A stretch of DNA of 29,063 nucleotides from positions 1-29,063 of the forward strand of contig JBBQXJ010000061.1 in NCBI GenBank assembly GCA_038209745.1, given 5' to 3'. Of the stretch, positions 28,101 through 29,063 are shown one piece after another. The DNA is from Verrucomicrobiota bacterium (lineage in GTDB: Bacteria > Verrucomicrobiota > Verrucomicrobiia > Limisphaerales > CANJSG01). The stretch's first letter is position 1; each line of letters begins with the position of its first letter. The notes under the pieces were generated by a model. It had not been told where the DNA came from. It ran no database searches and saw only the letters and a list, made by a program, of their open reading frames with translations. The translations under genes were made by a program, and so were the position numbers.

Positions 28101-28150
28101 TGACCAACCCCGGAGGAGCCCCGTTCTTCGTCCGGGCGGTCAAGAAGTAG
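13109..28150 (+). CDS. Giant (5013 aa) secreted/surface multi-domain protein: PPC-like repeats, CARDB, Calx-beta-like, carboxypeptidase-regulatory-like, cadherin/putative Ig domains
   Basis: Uninterrupted 15,042-nt ORF with strong GC3 bias. Signal peptide to ...RSQA (13210). 20 beta-sandwich repeats (13211-19489). PDL-type CARDB starts at 19490, 19889, 20279, 20666, 21047 and 22649, ending E...NN. Four Calx-beta-like units about 21405-22645 (ending TVLDSN, TVEDND, VTDDD, VVSDVD). FN3-like unit about 26156-26430. Three cadherin/He_PIG-like units at 26453, 26744 and 27032 (NxPP...DPD...IDPxTG...DxGxPxL). Confidence 0.92.
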   Translation: MIFMKTVWIRSAFVKGVLGAWVLLLSSLVGRSQATLTHIIAGDISYPGERDTFTFSLTSPKRFYFDSLTNVAALRWSLGGGSGILVTNRSFGGSDGSYGDPLQLLPAGDYTLTIEAANGATNGYAFRFVDLSEATLITPGTVVTNGALPATSTDFYQFTAAAGDQFDFTRVASSGAISWRLLGPYGNYFFQQGFGTVGSVRLPDSGNYVLFVEGEIYNTATNLYSFRVDPAGNFPRVFTGTPLTFGTPYSGDLYPAGVTNAFTFSVAQPTWLILDVLTNKSGPYRQILGPGGTPVGYGSYFNNGSIGQNIFKAPAGNYQLLLNGPNGFTNGYQFQIVDAGAGQVIPVNTPVSGMLQPASSSAAYRVNLTAGQKIFFNAQSQSGFTYYGTSFVKLIDPNDTVLFDSSFSDQGPFAITVSGTYTLLVSGSDYETSAAGNFAFQIVSVTDGSQALALDTTVSGAITQPSQVQSYTFTLPTRTTISFDSIFYANNILWTLQGPTGVVANSVNMGSGGWLVYDLAPGDYSLAVKGSGVGTNGYAFRLLSLANSVPVAVDATVNVSLTPASSSKVYRFAGTAGQSVYFNLFSQSGFNYYGTPFWTLLSPLGATLFDRGAGDYGPITLSDSGTYTLLVGGAVPETGAAGSASFIVSGVTNGLQSMTLGTEVIGAITEPGQVQSYSFSLAANTTVSFDSVSNRNNVYWTLNGPSGVVANNVGMNSGGWFIYSLPAGNYTVAVTAAGGATNSFDFRLLRFADATPLSLDVPENGTLSPPTITTAYRFDAVSGQAVYFGANSQSGFTYYGVPFWTLVAPSGTQVFDRTFGDYGAVTLNETGTYTLLVGGYISEPSASGSFTFTVSGVTNTAASFALGATVKDTITQPGQVRTYGFDVPVDTRILFDTLTNRSGFYWTLAGVAGTIVNNASFTSDGFFIYAVPAGHYTVTVSAQGGSSTGDFSFRILDFASGTSIPALATINGTNAPARSSSIYRFDASAGNRLFLDSLGYSGYPYYGAPFWKLVTPNGNSLFETTLNDQGPFTLTESGSYTLVVGGNFNEPTAPGTYSFRYVVAPDSSQALPLGSLVSGSIDVPGQRQRYAFTLPSATKLAFDSWTNSPLRWSLTGPLGTVVNIRAFNGSDAQNFGGSNPVLSVPAGTYELSVTASGDTVGGYAFVLLDLGTAPPLSLNGTTSVALSPAWSSRAYRFNALAGDRVRTVGQTVSGAPSAIWRLIDPAGNQLWYAGFNGSTQSNLLANAGTYTLLIEGYLQDSVDGALNVTATSFPNIPTSPLSGTPVILGVAYTNTLATATATNSHLVHVTAQTSLYVDLLNVAYLNFSVLGTNGPVLTAQYTGGGAYDSRPWVDLAPGDYEIQFWGSATTYAVRFMDLRAAPVLPVDLAVTNQIVPTSGSVLYRLVQPASTVLYYDGLLETGFNSGRQVRLYSQEDGLVWANGSPGGNYGPFTLAANRSYYFAIEGGLGNTSPAATVAFVMQTPVQSTNALVLGATVQGILDGGGDVDTFTFTLATAKSVFFDSLTNSYWTWTLTGPAGTYVNNRDGRFSDSADNDSRLVLPAGNYQLQIVSQSTDPTGYAFRLLDASTAASIAFGDTVSTNLIGGNSSALYTFNGAPGQNIYFRALASTGFNTPPFARLYNPAGTVIESFYLNNDRPTLTLPQSGPYLLSVEGRTYYNTSGTGYVSFAYQAVSYTTNALPIGATISGTLAGGGGIDYYAFNLSGTNRLFFDSLTNAYWTWTLTGPAGTYVNNRDARFSDSADVADSSLLLTPGTYLFQAISQSTSPTPYAFRFLDPAQAPLFSLGSTNSTNLIAGIGSGLFRFNASAGQRIYFDSVASTGFNNQPYSRLYNPLGTIIQSFYPNSDQDTITLPSTGTYTFSVEGRTYYNNSGTGYVSFAYAPVTYTTNALALDTLVMNQITQAGTRQFYTFTVAAPTQVFFDAITNGAARWNLQRSGTQIVSDRTFDNSDGAYYTESSLLLPAGSYVLTVNFNVGVTGAYAFRLLTTASVSAIAIDTAVTNTSSPSQLTRLFSMNGTAGQPLYFDGIGILSGGGGTPVAKLYAPDGTVLLNRPASSDQDTFILPVTGTYTVDLEGTFYSQVATQTTAFAFWSNPVKSPQPIFQTNSSPDLIVTGIGVAPASVLSGQGIIVGWTDQNSGGAATASSFTDRVTVRNTGTGQILVNSTLLYDASLGSNGPILPGGSRVRQLAVVLPDGAAAVGTLEATVNTDTANNIPEQNAGGSGEANNSASTTFTSTLAPYPDIRVAAISVSPAAGWLPGGTINIAWAVTNTGSRFTSNSWSDRVILRNLTTAQTLFTSNVVYDSTLPANGNLGPAGFRTNLLAVVLPNNGQAFGQFEISVEADVLNSVFELVPGIDAETNNLTAIQTLSAPDLVIAGLVVTPVPGPFSGARLDLSWQIQNNGTAIAQNGFYNRVRVVNTTTSQELVNVTPYYNAGTITNGTSSSQTLSVNLPTGPQSAGALSITVSADTFNNLAEANGAGTAESNNNTGIPLNTTLDVYPDLLVSALSVQPVSLVSGANMMIRWTLTNSGTGPVVGNFYDRVTVVNTNLGLTLLSTYVYYSGAITNGTSLDRSYNFTLPNNTSGAGGLLVSVVADINNNVFEYNPGGTGEANNTNSIGAFSALTPLPELAVVSVTAPASARPGVPFPVVYALTNSGGVAAVGPWNDSILLSSDNVVGFDQLLVTRQTTNGVPAFSSLVVTQMVSFPANTPAGPVYLVVTADSGGALSETDESNNSLIDPDPVVVSGSLGLSLAVSQIAKSAPNPNVSATVTRNGNSTAALVVNLSSSAPAKASVPPSVTIPAGQASATFFVTAQQDTLFDGPQVAVITASATGYDPATNTLTVLDSNQRRVTITIAPTNVVEGASAIATITRDPATSTNLVVQLLSSDANQVSVPATVTFSGGMASTNVMITAVDDSQIERTNTYIITASATDFLPSSASLTVEDNDIPNVTLSLASHSISEGAGPNATSGTVTLPAPRPINIVILLQSSSPADAKVPASVTIPAGSISASFPVSAVDNSIVDGSRPVSIIGYVADSVYGQPLRATTPDVLLVTDDDGPTLKVFIADDLVPEGKNPATTGTVTRNTETSAALVVNLASDRTDKATVPATVTVPAGTNSATFPIVSLVNGITDGNQNVTVSATANGFTTGSATFVVSDVDLPDIVVSDIAVATNGYTGQNLTVTFTLGNNGLRGINTNITQRVFISTDALFGNDIIAAQPVYTGPLNVGDSIQQQATVKMPTTPGTYWIIVQADVFNTVAEALENNNTRVAATPVTIGPAYSATVATDVTVSRANMPVPLTGHAISAANGQPAGLVPVNVAVDVRGTRRVLAVVTDAAGNFQVNFNPLPNEAGTYRIVASHPGVSALPAWQDQFSILGFTVAPMSVADVMQGGSNTVFTTINNLSDQPLTGLVAEVYTNHASIHVDAAITNTTLAGNSQTALRFDIRAVDASAVQSSVGVRITSAEGVTNYFVFYVHQSLLMPALSAQPGSLQTSMLLAHQTPVSFTVTNGGGVATGPLEVLIPSLPWLALSSPGSLPPLAPGTNTTVTLLLTPPSDLPLGDYTGTVAINSTNAALSVQYRFRTISDQLGSLRVVAEDEYTYFTANSPRLSNALVRVTDALSGLPVATNSTAADGSTTFSNLVSAYYIVDVSADAHSSYRQSALVSPGDITNIVAFLPRQTVSYTFTVVPTTVQDHYQFQVESTFETQVPIPVVTISPASVDLGQYPGTDFQIEYTIENHGLIAANNIRFVMPQATEFQIVPLITNIGTLGAQQSITIPATVHRGPPVGQNNLRQQTDYMSGVCSVTAQMLWNYLCGPNVVDKETASYAFDSTGCDLPALYNAVYMLVPDGSGAGSGGGGGPAPVIPADAGSNFAPPPGFKGICRPTPPANIIPPPGRPGVAQSSRDTVKQTADDNGVCARVKLSLNLNAVLTRDAFNATLELDNATASPLSQVLVTLQIQSSDSTNATTLFDIRSPQLLGLTGVDGNGGLSAFTTGSSSWILVPTLDAAPTNGARLFLVGGTMSYVQDGTQVTIPLTPAPIQVYPQPELIVRYFHDRDVFSDDPFTPQIEPSIPYSLAVQVANVGYGDAKNLTLSGGKPQIVDNQKGLLIDFQILGAQLENKPISPLLDVDLGSIAVNSNKIARWLFTSSLQGSFTNYSASFKYLDAVAGKRLSLVRSTEIHELTRIVNVDGPFTDGRPDLLVNDKADPQFLPDTLYLSQGTIVPVAAVTEATLANPISAGVLQTMITATMPTGWVYLRIGNPGGTNFVLKQVLRGDGSDLGVGTNAWTTDRFFFGGALRPINTNLLHLLDYNPGGTYTLVYSAGTNTADITPPTTVMRPLPTTSPIDFSLSWSATDDLSGVAFFDVYVSTNGGPFGLWSPRIAQPGAVFHGVPGQTYAFYALGTDAAGNAEAAPANPQVATAVTTVANQPPTLAPISDRSITEGGLFALTPSAFDPDGLSQTLTFSLLSGTGNGALIDPATGTITWQTTVAHGGTTNFFALVVADNGMPSLSATQTFRVAVLEANSAPVVAPSRLLIVDEGTALGVLLTAIDSDLPAQSFTWQLLTGGPAGLVVDPTGLLTWTPTESDGPGTNYLKIRVTDSGVPALSATQAVTIVVNEVNLPPVVAPVAPKNANVGTQLSFTVVATDPDIPANHLAYSLGAGAPRGARIDPTNGVFTWTPTPEYASTTVSITVRVSDDGLPSLLATAAFEVRLGDFMGIEIGSAVVITNELGSLPIRLTGTARTTNATAIITLGAPVLASATVAAVPGVLQGATLKPLGGNRYALELVPVAGGIVGSTNPVAQFQFTTATTGSSAFVPVVVSAVTGTRNTGTSVDATGSANGRLVFINREPLLELRRDPSDAVTLYGRPGTGYELQRGTNLPGGDWRWIDRIPLTNRSTMVSVTVTNGIGFYRAQELGQPQPLLDLLGYGASSMSLMVYGEAGASYDIQTSPLLVGGTWTTRQTVALTVGYLEATLTNPGGAPFFVRAVKK
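13211..19489 (+). repeat. Ten tandem ~209-aa two-domain (A/B) repeats within the giant gene
   Basis: A units: GxIxxPGxxxxYxFxL...FDSLTN..WxLxGPxG...LPAGxY...YAFR. B units: YRFxxxAGQxxYF...LxxPxG...LxxSGTYTLxVxG. Strict alternation, ten pairs counted by eye. Confidence 0.85.
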
Positions 28151-28168
28151 TGGCTACTACGATCCTTC

Positions 28169-28234
28169 AACGCTGGACGAAGCGGTCGCTTCGTCCAGCG
28201 TTCCTTGTATCCACGGCCGGGGACCCGGCTTTTT
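28169..28234 (+). terminator. Strong hairpin and a small U-tailed hairpin downstream of the giant gene
   Basis: AACGCTGGACGAAGCG-GT-CGCTTCGTCCAGCGTT (28169-28202, perfect 16-bp inverted repeat) followed by CCTTGTAT; then GCCGG-GGAC-CCGGC-TTTTT (28216-28234). Confidence 0.6.
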
Positions 28235-28439
28235 AGCCCGGAACGATACATCAGCAAACACGACGTGGGGAGGCGGAGGGTTCCTTACAACGGGCACCCT
28301 GTCCTTCCATCGGAGTCTCCAGAGAATCACTGGACCGTGTGATTCGTAGCGCTGATAGAATCGCTTCAGAACCTCCACACCACTTTGGACAGGCTTCCAA
28401 GCCAGATGTGATCGGCCAGAGATCGGCAGCGATGGAGCT

Positions 28440-28760
28440 TGGAGAAAGGCAGGAGACTGTGGTCTGCAGATGGTCACTTCGGCGGCGATCGAGTGGGATC
28501 GCTATGGCGACCTGGATCTCATCGTCGGCGACGAGGACGGCCGTGTGGTCTTTGCCGAGAACACCAACAAGTTCACCACCGATCCTACGCCGCAGTTCCT
28601 CCCGCCCGCGTATTTCGAACCAAAGGCTGACGACCAGAAGGGCGGCGCGCTTGCGACGCCCGTGTAGGTAGATTGGGACGGTGATGGGAAGCTCGACATC
28701 CTGCTGAATTCATCGAGCGCCAACTTCCTCCGCCAGATAGACACGCTCGACGGCAAGGGG
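28440..28760 (+). pseudogene. FG-GAP/VCBS repeat protein fragment
   Basis: LQMVTSAAIEWDRYGDLDLIVGDEDGRVVFAENT...PQFLPPAYF...GALATPV*VDWDGDGKLDILLNS, with an in-frame TAG at 28665-28667, decayed DWDxDG motifs, and no intact start or end. Confidence 0.75.
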
Positions 28761-28852
28761 ATCTCCAATGCCAAAGGCCATCGGTGGCCGAAGAGGGGTA
28801 GGAAAGCAGGAGCGCATGAGGGAGGAGAACGAGCCAGGAAGAGCGTTCCGCG

Positions 28853-29063
28853 CGTCGTGTTGAGCGGGGTCTCCGGGAGGTTGTTTTCTTGGGAAAACCC
28901 CGCGAACGCCCGTATAAATCCCACAAACAGGCTTGACGTCGACGAGGTCCGCCAAAATCGACTTCGATGCCTCCCTCCATCGATCTTCCCAGCGTGAACG
29001 ACGCCTTCCTCCAGCCCCTTGCCGGCCTCGTCGCCGCCAGCCCGCACCATCGTCCCAGCCTGG
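28853..29063 (+). mobile_element. Possible left end and 5' fragment of an IS4-like transposase, truncated by the window edge
   Basis: RQNRLRCLPPS (about 28950-28980), then after a frameshift GTG 28994 VNDAFLQPLAGLVAASPHHRPSL. From memory this resembles N-termini of verrucomicrobial IS4-type transposases. Candidate end CGTCGTGTTGAG at 28853-28864. Unverified. Confidence 0.3.

Noticed and set aside
24191..28150. Giant protein as an RHS/polymorphic toxin
   Set aside because: No YD repeats or PxxxxDPxG RHS core, no toxin-like tip and no downstream immunity gene.
28665..28667. In-frame TAG as pyrrolysine or programmed readthrough (also TAG 6692-6694)
   Set aside because: Both lie in fragments with other decay, and TAG is the normal stop of intact genes here (e.g. 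5072, 10306, 11063, 28150).
1..29063. tRNA, rRNA, known riboswitch or CRISPR array
   Set aside because: No cloverleaf, rRNA-like sequence, recognisable aptamer or regularly spaced repeats seen in the intergenic regions by eye.

Overview
High-GC bacterial window, most consistent with Verrucomicrobiota/PVC. This is inferred from the DUF1549/DUF1553+DUF1501 pair, a tandem DUF1080 protein, an H-X9-DG pseudopilin and the style of the secreted proteins. Left to right: the 3' end of a GNAT acetyltransferase; a c-type cytochrome/DUF1549/LamG/DUF1553 gene coupled to a Tat-exported DUF1501 gene; a GH43 arabinanase and a double-DUF1080 gene on the minus strand, separated by decayed ISL3 and IS630 remnants; an ECF sigma / membrane protein / pseudopilin operon; an orphan hisB; a second ECF sigma / anti-sigma / secreted protein operon; a 15-kb gene for a 5013-aa secreted multi-Ig-fold surface protein; a perfect 16-bp hairpin; an FG-GAP pseudogene; and a possible IS start at the right edge. 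The most notable items are a REP-like inverted-repeat element inserted in frame (51 codons) inside the DUF1553 gene, the giant protein (10 alternating two-domain repeats, a single Cys cluster next to a DDPFT core, and duplicated C-terminal FxR units that may be a sorting signal), and the ECF-controlled pseudopilin module. All family assignments come from motif recognition by eye. No searches were run.
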